Both the position numbers and the translations under genes were made by a program. Shown here in pieces: positions 1 through 11,021 of a stretch of DNA of 64,000 bases (position 1 is its first letter; each line of letters opens with the position of its first letter). Location of the stretch: assembly GCF_964188315.1 (NCBI RefSeq), contig NC_135667.1:24800001-24864000 (forward strand), read 5' to 3'. The notes beneath the pieces are model-generated. The model saw only the letters and a program-made list of their open reading frames with translations. It did no database searches and was not told the origin of the DNA. Source of the stretch: Podarcis muralis (lineage: Eukaryota).

Positions 1-1184
1 TATTATTCATCTAGTTTGTATAATTGTTTGTTTTTAATCAGCACCTCATGTCAGGGAATGAAGAGGGAATTCAAGTGTCCATGCCAACATGCATGCTGAA
101 TTAATTTGATTTGCAAAGTGTGTTGACTGTATAATTCTAAAATCACTTCACTTAGAATTACTGTGGCATCTACCAAACATTTTTTCTTGTTCCCTTCAGT
201 TTGTAAAGACCACAATTAATGCTGTAAGAGCTACTACATATTAATTTAACTGGAATACTGTTTGAAATATTTTTTCCTCTTTATTGTAGGAATTAAACTA
301 ATTTAAAGACGAAATATGCTTCTCATTATTTTACATTTCACAGTCTAGCTTAATTAGTTTAAATAGTTGTGCAGATACAAGATTATCTCTAGAGAGATCG
401 TTATTTTTTTAAACTGAGCCTACAACCACCTCAAAAAAGTCAGGCTAATTAGGCTTCATTATGTTATTTGGAAAGCACAATAATCCCAAGAATGCTAATT
501 TATGGGGCATATTTCTCTTTGTCTTCTTTTTGGAAAAATAAAAAAGGGTTAAAGCTTCTTTTTAAAGGTAATGTGCTTTTGGTTAATTAATGACAACCAT
601 CTTCAACAGATGAGAAGGTCAATTAAGAATGAAGTTCACTGAACTATGGTGAAATAATTCCATCTCAGAAAACATACAGGTAAATGAAGCAGAAAAAACC
701 CTCACGTGTTCCTCCTCTAATTTCCCTGGAGATGAGTTAAAACAGTTTATAGACAGTTATCAGTATTTAAAAAAGAATTATTTTCAAAATGTTGATTTTG
801 TTGCTTGCTCATTTTTTTTAAATAGCAAAATAAACCTCTCTCACACACAAACTGGAAGAATAAACTCTACAAAGTAATGATTTATTTAATGCCGATTTTT
901 GTGATTTTATAAGACATATTCAAGCCACCATTCAAGCAGTATTCCAGTGATTACTGGGGGGGGTGCATATGGGGACCACTGTCAATGAGAATAAATCATA
1001 TTGGGCTAGCTGGACCAATGGTCTGATTTACTGTAAGGGAGTTACCAGGTAATGTATGTCTATAGTGAACACACATAGGAGGAAGTGGAAGCAAGTCTCT
1101 GTTATGGCCTACATACAAAGTGGCCAAATGGTATCTATTGCTCTTAATACATTTTAAAGGAGGACGCTGGGGCAGGGGTGATGG

Positions 1185-1371
1185 CAGTGGCGGAGCTTCA
1201 TGCTCTGGCACTGGGGGGCGGAGAGCAGGCAGGGTGGGACTGGCGCATCCTGGGGGCGGAGCATGCCTCCTGCGGAGGCATGGTGCCAAGCACGGGAGGA
1301 GGAGGCAGCCACGATGGCACCCTGCCAGGATTGCACTGCGCTCCCCTTGCACTCCTCTTCCTATGCCAGTG
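1185..1371. mobile_element. Non-autonomous hAT MITE (187 bp)
   Basis: Imperfect TIR CAGTGGCGGAG / CTATGCCAGTG; perfect 8-bp TSD GGTGATGG at 1177-1184 and 1372-1379. Confidence 0.85.
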
Positions 1372-1533
1372 GGTGATGGTGGCATACTTCTAAATCTCAA
1401 CAATTTAGGTGACAGTGTTCCACTGTGTGTACAGACCCAACATACTCTCATGAGAGGAATGGATCCTTTTGCATGGAATCAACAACCCCATCTGTTAAAA
1501 ATGCATGCACATACATTTGACCAGTAAAGAATT

Positions 1534-1891
1534 TGTCACACCAGGAAGTAGAAAAACACTGGTTTATTACATAGACATGAAAGAGACAGAGTATATGGTT
1601 TAGACAGAAGGCTACAAATATGGCAGAAAACCATCATTCAGTACATACACACCCCTTAGTCTTACAGAGTGAGAGAGTCCCAAGCTTCCTAAAAGGCTAG
1701 AGAAAATGAGCATAGCGATGTACCACAATACTCATACTAAAGGAAAGAAAAATAAGGGAGGGGAGAGATATACCTGATATTAGAGCAAGCAGCGCACAAA
1801 GTCAGGGATTCAAAATGTGTGCCTTCTACATGTTGTCAATATCATCCCATACTCTCCTGTTGTCTGTAGCAATGGTGGCCTCTGTCTTTCA
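1534..1891 (-). mobile_element. Probable solo LTR (358 bp)
   Basis: TG...CA termini flanked by the direct repeat AGAATT (1528-1533 and 1892-1897); minus-strand AATAAA about 30 bp from the left end. Confidence 0.55.
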
Positions 1892-2103
1892 AGAATTTGC
1901 TCAAAGGCAATAGCTGAGGACAGAGGTGCCAACTTGCAAGGGACATTGGGGGGGGGGCAACATTGTGTGTGTGATGTTGCACGTGCGATATCAGGATGTT
2001 AGGAGGAGCTGGGGAGGGGTGGGGAGGCAAACATAGCAGTAGTGTGGCTTCAGTGACTGGCAGCTCCTCCTCCTGCTGCTACCACCAGCCAGAGGCTGCT
2101 TCC

Positions 2104-2576
2104 ACCTCTTCCCCTCTGTGGCAGGAGTAGGAGAAGAAGAAGGAGCTGGCCACTGAAGTTGCACTACGCTCAGCTCTGCGCTTGGCCTGATTTTTTTGAA
2201 CAAGGGCGGAGGGGGGCACTCACCCAAAAACATATTGCGGGCCCCCAAAGAGCTGAGCATCTTGCTTTGGCCAGAAGTTCAACATCCACCCTTATTGCCA
2301 ATTACAGTGGTGCCTCGCAAGACGAAAATAATCCATTCCAACCTCTTCCCCTCTGTGGCAGGAGTAGGAGAAGAAGAAGGAGCTGGCCACTGAAGTTGCA
2401 CTACGCTCAGCTCTGCGCTTGGCCTGATTTTTTTGAACAAGGGCGGAGGGGGGCACTCACCCAAAAACATATTGCGGGCCCCCAAAGAGCTGAGCATCTT
2501 GCTTTGGCCAGAAGTTCAACATCCACCCTTATTGCCAATTACAGTGGTGCCTCGCAAGACGAAAATAATCCATTCC
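2104..2576. repeat. Perfect tandem duplication, period 237 bp
   Basis: 2104-2339 is identical to 2341-2576. The unit includes the first 35 bp of the adjacent MITE. Confidence 0.95.
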
Positions 2577-2879
2577 GCGAGTCTCTTCGTCTAGCGGTTT
2601 TTTCGTCTTGCGAAGCAACCCTATTAGTGGCTTAGCTGATTAGCGCTATTAGCGGCTTAGCGGCTATTAAAGGCTTAGTGGCTAAAAGGCTATTGGCGGC
2701 TTAGCAGCTTAGAAAAAGGGGGGGGGAGCGGAAAAAAATCGCAAGACTCGCAAGACGTTTTCGTCTTGCGAAGCAAGCCCATAGGGAAAATCGTCTTGCG
2801 AAGCAACTCAAAAACGGAAAACCCTTTCGTCTAGCGGGTTTTTCGTCTTGCGAGGCATTCATCTTGCGAGGCACCACTG
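2542..2879. mobile_element. Tc1/mariner (pogo/Tigger-like) MITE (338 bp)
   Basis: TIR CAGTGGTGCCTCGCAAGA / TCTTGCGAGGCACCACTG; TA dinucleotides at 2540-2541 and 2880-2881; internal repeats of TTCGTCTTGCGA in both orientations. Confidence 0.93.
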
Positions 2880-3525
2880 TAATTAGGGACTGGCAGGCTT
2901 CCCGGGGCAATGAGCACATACCTCCCATCAATCTTCTTGACATCAGAGAAGATAAGCTGCATTCCGTCTTCTGGGCCTGATAACCAACAATGTCGGAGAG
3001 TCTGCTACAACCGAGCTGGAAGAGCTCATCCGCTGGTCGAGTCCTCCGGAATCGCCTCCGACAATGATTAACAACCTGAGCCTTTGATAAGACTCCAGGC
3101 ACGTTCCCTCATTACGCAGAGCATACAAAACAGCAGAAGGACGAGAAATATGAGCTACATTGCTAAGAGTTTTATTTCTAACTACGCAGACAGTAAATAC
3201 ATCCTCTCTCTGTGAAAGCAGAGAGCAACCGGAAGACAAAGGAACAGGAAACCAGTAACATCATATCCGTCTTGCATGAGACTTCCAACAGTCTGGAATG
3301 TCTGGAATGCAAAACAGAGTCTTGTGACTCCAAGCATTGCACAGTGGCAACACAGAGATACCGTACCTAACATCAGTTGGTGCCTCTGGCTAAGGTCCTG
3401 TTGTGTGGTTATATTACTAGTTTGCAATCAGATTCCCCAATGTGAGCCACTGTAGACAATGCAGAGATAGATGGATCAATGGTCTGATTAAGCTTCTTCC
3501 ATTTCTGATACTGGAGACTCTAACA

Positions 3526-3830
3526 CAGGGGTCAGCAAACTTTTTCAGCAGGGGGCTGGTCCACTCTCCCTCAGACCTTGTGGGGGGCCAGTCTATATTT
3601 TTTTTTCCTATGCCCCACAAATAACCCAGAGATGCATTTTAAATAAAAGCACACATTCTACTCATGTAAAAGCCCCAGGCAGGCCCCACAAATAACCCAG
3701 AGATGCATTTTAAATAAAATGACACATTCTACTCATGTAAAAACACACTGATTCCCGGACCATCCGCAGGCCAGATTTAGAAGGCGATTGGGCCGGATCC
3801 GGCCCCCGGGCATTAGTTTGCCTACCTATG
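3526..3830. mobile_element. hAT (Charlie-like) MITE with an internal 71-bp-period duplication
   Basis: Ends CAGGGGTCAGCAAACT / AGTTTGCCTACCTATG; perfect 8-bp TSD CTCTAACA (3518-3525 and 3831-3838); GCCCCACAAATAACCCAGAGATGC... occurs at 3612 and 3683. Confidence 0.9.
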
Positions 3831-4182
3831 CTCTAACAGCAGACAGAGTGGGTTTGGGTTGTGAATGGTCTGTCACTCTCACAAACTCTTCCACACCCTC
3901 TGCTAATTTTGTTTGCAAAACACAGATAAGAGATTTAATCCTTCACCTGGACACCTGTAATCCTGTGGCACAGCAGACTGCAGAGAACAAGGCTCCAGGG
4001 AAATGATGCTTTTAATAGATTTCTTCACAAGGATGGTGTTTATCCTGTAACTGCCAGTAGAGATGGGCTTTCTATGCTTCAAAAGGAGCAGGATAACATT
4101 TGTACGATGTTGTGAATCACTGAGTAACAGTGCTGGGAGCAGAAAGTGCAAGAGGAAACACAATGAATCTATGAGGGGAAAT

Positions 4183-4381
4183 GTAAGTCATTTATCTACG
4201 TAACTGATCTACTTAATAATTTAGAAAAAGATAGATACATTTCACTCTTTCTTAAACTTGCATAAATATAAATTGCTTTTCTGACTATTTGAATACAGCT
4301 TAGGTAGCACAGCAGTGCTGAGGGGTTTTATAGAAGCAGGTTAGATGCAGGTTTGGGTTTACTAAATGTATACATCCCACT

Positions 4382-4417
<36 letters not shown>

Positions 4418-5183
4418 TTGAAAGTGATTTACTGCTGAACAGTTAAAGCAGCTAGCTTTTTTAAAAAAATTGTGTTCTATCATTACAAAGTCTAATATTT
4501 CTATTCATCATAAACCATGGTAGTTTGTAGATATTCTGTCTGGTGAGGAATGTAAATGAATGAAACTTCAGACTATTCTAAGAATAGCTGTGGAATGGTA
4601 GTTTAAAATATATGGTTTGTAATATATATGGTTCATATATGTTGACCTCACCACTACCTCCTAGTAAGCAGCAACAAGATTCCTGTACTCGGTTCCATTA
4701 TTGTACTCACTCAAAATATAATCAACAATAATGTAAGATTTTTCTTCATTACAAATCTGTTGGATGCCCTAAAGTTTTGGGAGTTCAAAGTTAGCAATTA
4801 ACTAAGTGCACCTTATCCAGCACATGTGTTGATGTTTTTCAGTGTTGTTATCCATAAAAAGAAGTAGAAAGTTAGGCTGAAATAGAATGTTATTTCAATT
4901 CTGATGCCTTAGTGCAGTTTCTAATCATTGTGTATTCTAAATAAGGAAATGATATGGAGAGTCCTCTGTCCTCTAAGTAATATTTTAACCTCATCATCCC
5001 CTAAGCCCAAAAGCAGCAAGGATGGCCAAGAGTGTTAGGGTTTATCCTATAGCCATCAAAAGGTTCACTTCTAAGAATATAATTTATTCCCCTTGTCTTT
5101 CTGTCTTTCCCCCCTCACACAAATATCTACAAAATAAAGTAGGCAGTTGTTTGTAACTGTGTTATATTTCTGCTTTTTTCCAG
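4183..5183 (+). other. Predicted 5'UTR intron of OR1
   Basis: Donor AAAT|GTAAGTCATTTATCTAC is conserved in the inverted paralog OR2; acceptor TGCTTTTTTCCAG| lies 35 nt upstream of the ATG. Inferred, with no transcript evidence. Confidence 0.6.
4385..4417. repeat. (ATC)11 microsatellite
   Basis: Direct reading. Confidence 0.95.
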
Positions 5184-5218
5184 AGTTGGCAAGCATTATA
5201 GTAATTTGTTTATTTTTA

Positions 5219-6180
5219 ATGGATAATCAATCTTCCATTTCTGAATTTCGGCTCCTTGAATTCTCAGAAATCCGGGAACTGCAGATTCTACAATTCCTTT
5301 TGTTCCTGATATTATACCTAGCAATTGCATCAGGGAATCTTCTTATCATCTCTGCAGTAGTTTTTGACCACCACTTACATACTCCAATGTACTTCTTCCT
5401 AATGATCTTGGCTATCCAGGACCTGGGCTCTGTTTCTGCCATTATTCCCAAATCAATGGCCAATTCTGTCAACAATACCAGACTCATTTCTTATTCTGGA
5501 TGTGTGGTTCAATTTTTCTCTTTTGTCTTCTTTGAAATATCTGATGTCTTTCTCCTAACAGTCATGGCATGTGATCGGTATGTAGCCATATGCAATCCGT
5601 TACAATATGTTATGGTGATGAACAGGCAAGTCTGCGCACAAATGGTTGCTGGTGTTTGGTTCATTGGTCTCTGCTTTGGTCTCTTGCACACTGGAGGCAC
5701 ATTTTCAGCCTCTTTTTGCTCAAATATTGTCAATCAATTCTACTGTGATATCCCACAGTTAGTAAAAATTTCCTGCAATAATTCATACCTAACTGAAGTT
5801 GCCATTCTTGCAATTACTTTAGTTACTGAGTTAGGTGGCTTTGTCTTCATAATTGTAACATATGTGCTAATCTTCACTGCAGTGCTAAGAATCCCCTCAG
5901 CTCAGGGAAGGAAAAAGGCCTTCTCCACCTGCCTTCCACACCTCACTGTATTTTCTGTGTTCACGGGGTGGTTTGCCTACCTGAGACCTCCTTCTGATAA
6001 ACCATCTATTCTGAATTATATATTAATTCATCTAAACCATCTATTCTGAATTATATATTAACTGCGATATATAGCTTTGTTCCACCCTTGTTGAACCCAG
6101 TGATTTATAGCATGAGAAACAAAGATATAAAGGTTGCCTTAGCAAAGCTGTTAGCTTCAGTGTGCTCTTTTTTTGTGTAG
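5219..6180 (+). pseudogene. OR1: olfactory receptor pseudogene (class II, family-14-like)
   Basis: MDNQ start at 5219; motifs LHTPMYFFL, MACDRYVAIC (Y>C) and KAFSTCLPHL. A 35-bp insertion near 6027-6061 shifts the frame before TM7. The TM7 sequence PPLLNPVIYSMRNK follows in another frame and ends at TAG 6178-6180. There is also a 2-codon deletion in TM6 relative to OR2. Confidence 0.93.
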
Positions 6181-6506
6181 CTGTTGATTTTGTGTTCATT
6201 TAGCTACCTTTATTTATGTGGAAAACAGTTTAAAAATATCTCAACCATTGATATTGCTGATATGGAGGTGGAACTTGGCTATAGAGACTCTTTTATATGG
6301 GGAATTCAGGAAGTTTAGTTCAATCATCTTCCTCCTGTATGACATAAATACCCATCTTCACACATTACGTACTTATGCTAAGTAAATAAAGAAGGGCACA
6401 TCAGGGATGAGTATTCTGCTTCTACCCTCCAGCACCATTCCCCTAAGCCTCCATGGCGTAAATTCCCTGAAGTTGTATTTCCAAAACTCTGTGGGGGTGG
6501 AGGCAG

Positions 6507-7062
6507 CAGAGGTGTAGCAAGGTCAGGTGGTACCCGCTGCGAAATTTTTTTGTCACCCCCCCTCAGATTGAAATTATTAAAAGAAGGAAAAATAAGATAC
6601 AGTTCCAAGTGTCATTTTCTGGTTTATTTATTTAACATTGTGAGCATAAGCACTTAAAACTCCCCCCCAAAAAAACTTTGTTCTCACACGCCACCTCTCC
6701 TCCTGTGTGTTCCAGGGTTTGGGTCCTGAGTTGAGGGAGCTTTTGCTTCTCTCCTTCCCTCCCTGCTCCACTTGTTTGCTCACCTGCCTCCTTCCCGTCC
6801 TCTCCCTGCCTGTCGGCTTGCCTCCTCCAGCAGCCCGGGAGTGTGGGGCAATGGCACGCCACACGCCCGCAACTCCCAAGCCTCCCCCGAGCTGTCAAAA
6901 CAAAGGGGGAAGGCTGCCGGCAAAGCGGCGCAGCTCCCCGCTTCCCTCGATGGCTCAGGGTAGGCTTGGGAGTCACGGGCAGGTGATGCACCGAATGTCA
7001 CCCCCTCAGTGGTGACATCTGGGGCAGCCCGCTCCCACCACACACACCTTCCTACGCCTCTA
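6507..7062. mobile_element. hAT-like non-autonomous element
   Basis: Imperfect TIR CAGAGGTGTAGCAAGG / CCTTCCTACGCCTCTA around a GC-rich interior; no TSD recognisable. Confidence 0.6.
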
Positions 7063-7109
7063 CTGAACTCATAATCTTTAAATCTTGGTAAGTTTCATCT
7101 AGATGTTGA

Positions 7110-7960
7110 ACAGCGTGGGAGACAAGATGAGCAATCGTTCTCAGTACCATCTTCCAGAACTGTGTGTTTCCATGAAGGACTGAAACTGCTGCAAACAAGT
7201 AGAGTCTATCCCAGGCAGGTCCATGAGGACCATATTGTGATGGATAGTACTGAAAGCTGTTGACAGGCTCAGCAGACCACCAGAGACAGGACTCCCTGGG
7301 TTTAGTTCCTAGTGAAAATTGTCTAGAGCAGTAACCAAACTGTGCCCTGTGAAATTCATTCAGGTGGTCTATGCAGCGTTGGTAAAATTAAAATTAAAAA
7401 ATCATACAACATCTAGCACAGCACATTATAATTGCTACAACAGGCAGAAAAATCATTAAGTAGCCTGTCAAGCAATATTCAAATGGTTCAAGGGCAAAAA
7501 AGAGTTGGGAACCACCAAATCCATTTCAGTACCAAAGTCAGGCCAGAAATCAGATTGAAATTTATCTTGATCCTCCACAAACCTTTGGCAGGGAGACACC
7601 ATTGCATGCTTGCCCCCAGATAAATTGCTGAGTAGCCAGAAATTATCCAGTATGGTGAGTTCAGACAGAGGCCTTTCAACAACAATCTTCTTCAGCAGTT
7701 TTCTGGTAAAACTATTCACCCCTTGAAGGTACCATAGCCCATTGGCACATGCTTTTCTTATGCGCTTGGCTGTCTGTCCTCTCATGGGTGAGGACTGAGT
7801 GTGCAGGTGATTGCCCTAAATACTTTAAGGATCCTGTCCACATCTTCATACAAATTGGAAAGTACATCTGAAACTACTGCTAATGTGGTGTCCAAAGTGG
7901 AACAGATGTGAGTGATTTTTACCTATGAAAAGATTTGCAATCTGGTCAGAGTGGCTTACT
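7110..7960 (-). mobile_element. Degraded L2-clade LINE ORF2 (reverse transcriptase) fragment
   Basis: Minus-strand pieces EDVDRILKVFRAITCTL, LLKK..LDNFWLLSNL, DKFQSDFWPDFGTE and LLSLSTAFSTIHH match the L2 ORF2 pattern (LLKK..LDNYRPVSNL, FQSGFRPGFGTE, LDLSAAFDTIDH); many stops and frameshifts. Confidence 0.8.
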
Positions 7961-8139
7961 GAGTGTTGGGATGCATGCTTCGCTGATGTGCTCCTATTGC
8001 ATGCATTTCATTTAAATCTGATACCTGCTACATTTCTAAACCTTTGGAGGTAAGTCATAATCAAACACATACACACACACACATATTTAAATTGGGCTTC
8101 AAGGATGGCCAGCTTTTTATCTGCGCCTTTTAATATCTG

Positions 8140-8259
8140 CATGACTGGGCATAGCCCTCCTGATGTTGCTGAACTACAACTCCCAGCATCCCTAACAATT
8201 GGCCATGTTGGTTAGGATTTATGGGAGTTGGGAATCCAACATCTGGAGGGCCATCCCTG
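8140..8259. mobile_element. Palindromic hAT MITE relic
   Basis: GCCCTCC..ACAACTCCCA..TGGGAGTTG..GGAGGGC hairpin architecture; ends eroded. Confidence 0.6.
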
Positions 8260-8302
8260 TATTAAGGCATAGAGCCCTTGTCAACATAGTGCTACGGTAG
8301 TA

Positions 8303-8442
8303 GGGACGCGGGTAGTACTGTGGTCTAAACCACTGAGCCTCTTGGGCTTGCTGATCAGAAGGTTGGTGCTTAGAATCCATGTGACGGGGTGAGCTCCCAT
8401 TGCTCTGTCCCAGCTCCTGCCAACCTAGCAGTTTGAAAGCAC
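8303..8442 (+). mobile_element. Sauria SINE, tRNA-derived 5' part only
   Basis: GGGACGCGGGT..GTGG..TAAACCAC.GAGCC..GGGCTTGC.GATCAGAAGGT...CCTGCCAACCTAGCAGTT.GAAAGCAC; collinear with the reverse complement of the full copy at 44630-45013. Confidence 0.85.
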
Positions 8443-8834
8443 ACCATATATATATGAAAGAAAGCTACAATTTCTTCATTAAAGAATGACAGAATATCAG
8501 GATCTGATATCAGTCTGTTGTGGTAATGCCCTGAGGAAAGAGGGTCATAATTCCTCTTGGAACAGAATTAATAAACCATGGGGTCACCACTAAGAAGGCT
8601 GATTAATGTCATTTGCAGATGTTGTTGACATCCCTCTGTCTTGGAAGAGTGTTCCCTTGGTGGCATAGTGAAACTGTTGTAGAGTTACAGTGCCTACTGT
8701 GGCTGTAGAGACTGATATAGCAGAGGCATTTATTAACAGCAGCTAGAGCAGTAATGGAACTTGGAAAACCTTGCAATTAATGAATATTGATCACTGCTAT
8801 AATACAGTGTGACAAACAGACATAATGGAAAATC

Positions 8835-9600
8835 TGTTGCGCATCAAGGCCCAGGCGCACCCCACAGGAATAATAAAAACACAATGACACAGAATTTTAG
8901 TTTAAAGGTTAATGGGCAAAATTTAGGCCATGACTTTATTGATTACAGAAATGTGAGTGGTATTGGCTTAGGCCTTGGCAATAACTATAACTGACTCCTG
9001 CCTGCCTTGCAGAAAGTCTGAAAGGGTAAACCACCAACCAAGGGAGCTCCATCAATAGCAACCAACTGAAGCTGATCCTGGGGTTCCTGTTGGGTCTGGC
9101 ATGGCCCTAGCCCCTCAAGCAGACTTTGGATGAGATCCAGACCCATGGATTCCTTTAACAGAATACCCTTTTACCTGGAGGGGCAGGTGATGGCTGCACC
9201 TCCCCTCCCCCACATCTCACTAAGCCAATGCCTAACCGCCAAACCTTACAAAGTTGTGACGATTGCTAAGAGGTAGGCAAAAACCAAATGGCCAGTGCCA
9301 ATCCACCAAATGGAAAAATTCCTACCCAGCCCCTGTACCAAAACAGGCAACCAACCGGAGTCCAGAGCAAGGCCAAAAAAGACACTTGAAACTAGGGTGG
9401 ATGGGCGGGTGTTCGGCAGCACAAAGCCAGATGATGGCCGTGGCAATGTGCCACTGCCTTTTAAAGGCCCCCACGATCATGCCACCACTCTCTAATTGGC
9501 CAACAGGCCGGTGGCTTGATTGTGGAGCCACTGCAGGCTTGGGATCATCCTCCTCCTCTCCCATGGTTATGGGCGGGGGGTCCTGAGCCTGTGTGCAACG
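8835..9600 (-). mobile_element. LTR-like element (about 766 bp), same family as 39404-40180
   Basis: Ends TGTTGC / GCAACG; minus-strand CCAAT, TTTAAAA and AATAAA; collinear similarity to 39.4-40.1 kb; no TSD found. Confidence 0.6.
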
Positions 9601-10088
9601 CGGACCCTCGAATAGGAGGATCCGATTTGCCAAAAGTGAAGGTGGTGAGGGAAGAGGGGCGAAAGATAATTTTTACACTGTACGGTGTCGTTTTAATAAA
9701 TATACAAATGAAACAACACACGGACGGGAAATACGTACAACATACATTGCAATATGGAGTTGATAAGCAGGCACTACTATTATTCTGTGTTTTCCAAGTT
9801 GCTTTGTTGAAGAATTCATTTTACTTGCTAATGACAATGAATTCTTATTTCGTAGCATAAAAAATAGGTTTAGAATTCCTGTCATAACCCATTTTTGGTG
9901 GTCATATCCTGTTTTATGATTTATGTGCATATAATTTTGGAACAAGATTTAAAAAGCCTAAAGAGTCACCAGATCCTCAAACGAAAGAGCCAGGTTTTGC
10001 ATCTATTTCAGCAATATCTCCAGCTGAATTATTTTTTAAACTGCCTTCCACACAAATGAAGGTATTTAAGCAAACACAAAATCCACAG

Positions 10089-11021
10089 TTACATGCAAAA
10101 AGAGGACAGTGAAGCTGACAGCTTTGCTAGGGCAACCTGGATATCTTTGTTTCTCATGCTATAGATCACTGGGTTCAACATGGGTGGAACAAAGGTATAT
10201 ATCACAGTTAATGCCAAATCCAGACCAGATGGTGTATCAGAAGGTGGTCTTAGGTAGGCAAACCACCCAGTGAATATAAATACAGAAAATACAGTGAGGT
10301 GTGGAAGACAGGTGGAGAAGGCCTTTTTCCTTCCCTGGATGGAGGGGATTCTCAGCACTGCAGTGAAGATTAGTACATATGTTGCAATGATGAAGAAAAA
10401 ACAGCCTAACTCTATAACTGCACTGATCACAAGAATGACAACTTCAGCTAGATATGAGTCAGAGCAGGAAACCTTTAGTAACTCTGGGATTTCGCAGTAG
10501 AACTGATTGACAATATTGGAGCAAAACTGCACTGCAAAGGTCCCTCCAGTGTGCAATGTGCCATAGAAAAGACCAGTGATCCAAACACCAGCAACCATTT
10601 GTGTGCAGGCTGCCTTGTTCATCACCATTTCGTATTGTAGTGGGTTGCAAATGGCAACATAGCGATCATATGCCATGACTGTGAGGAGAAAGAAATCGGA
10701 TCCCACAAAGGAAACAAAACAGAACACTTGAGCGACACATCCAGAATAAGAAATGTATCTAGTATTGTGGAAAGAATTAGCCATTGATTTGGGTATGATG
10801 GCAGAAACGGAGCCAAGATCTTGGATGGCCAAATTCATTAGGAAAAAGTACATAGGGGTGTGCAGGTGGTGGTCAAAGACTACTGCAGAGATGATGAGGA
10901 GATTCCCTGAGATAATTGCTAGGTACAATATCAGGAACAGAGAGAAGTGTAGAATCTGCTGCTCCCGGACGGCTGAGAATTCAAGAAGGAGAAATCCAGA
11001 AATGGAAGATTGATTATCCAT
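10089..11021 (-). CDS. OR2: olfactory receptor, class II family-14-like, 310 aa, intact
   Basis: Motifs GNLLII, LHTPMYFFLMNL, MAYDRYVAICNPL, KAFSTCLPHL and PPMLNPVIYSMRN; N-glycosylation site NQS. Confidence 0.97.
   Translation of the reverse strand: MDNQSSISGFLLLEFSAVREQQILHFSLFLILYLAIISGNLLIISAVVFDHHLHTPMYFFLMNLAIQDLGSVSAIIPKSMANSFHNTRYISYSGCVAQVFCFVSFVGSDFFLLTVMAYDRYVAICNPLQYEMVMNKAACTQMVAGVWITGLFYGTLHTGGTFAVQFCSNIVNQFYCEIPELLKVSCSDSYLAEVVILVISAVIELGCFFFIIATYVLIFTAVLRIPSIQGRKKAFSTCLPHLTVFSVFIFTGWFAYLRPPSDTPSGLDLALTVIYTFVPPMLNPVIYSMRNKDIQVALAKLSASLSSFCM

Noticed and set aside
996-1527. Overlapping 135-151 aa ORFs
   Set aside because: They are generated by the GC-rich hAT MITE; no protein motifs.
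2159-2635. 158-aa ORF with an internal repeat
   Set aside because: A by-product of the 237-bp tandem duplication (a multiple of 3); no recognisable domain.
2104-2879. Repeat-spacer-like pattern suggestive of CRISPR
   Set aside because: It is a eukaryotic tandem duplication plus MITE subterminal repeats; there are no unique spacers or cas genes.
2900-3440. CpG-containing segment with 80-130 aa ORFs
   Set aside because: No motif, terminal structure or second copy could be recognised; left unannotated.
5147-5218. N-terminal extensions in the ORF track for OR1, OR8 (47477) and OR9 (52552)
   Set aside because: They start at non-ATG codons upstream of the predicted splice acceptors, so they are intronic.
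5227-5487. Recurrent antisense ORFs of about 60-110 aa over OR genes (also 10753, 17931, 23256, 28589, 34807, 57579 and 62939)
   Set aside because: They are shadow frames of the OR coding strand and recur only because the ORs are paralogous.
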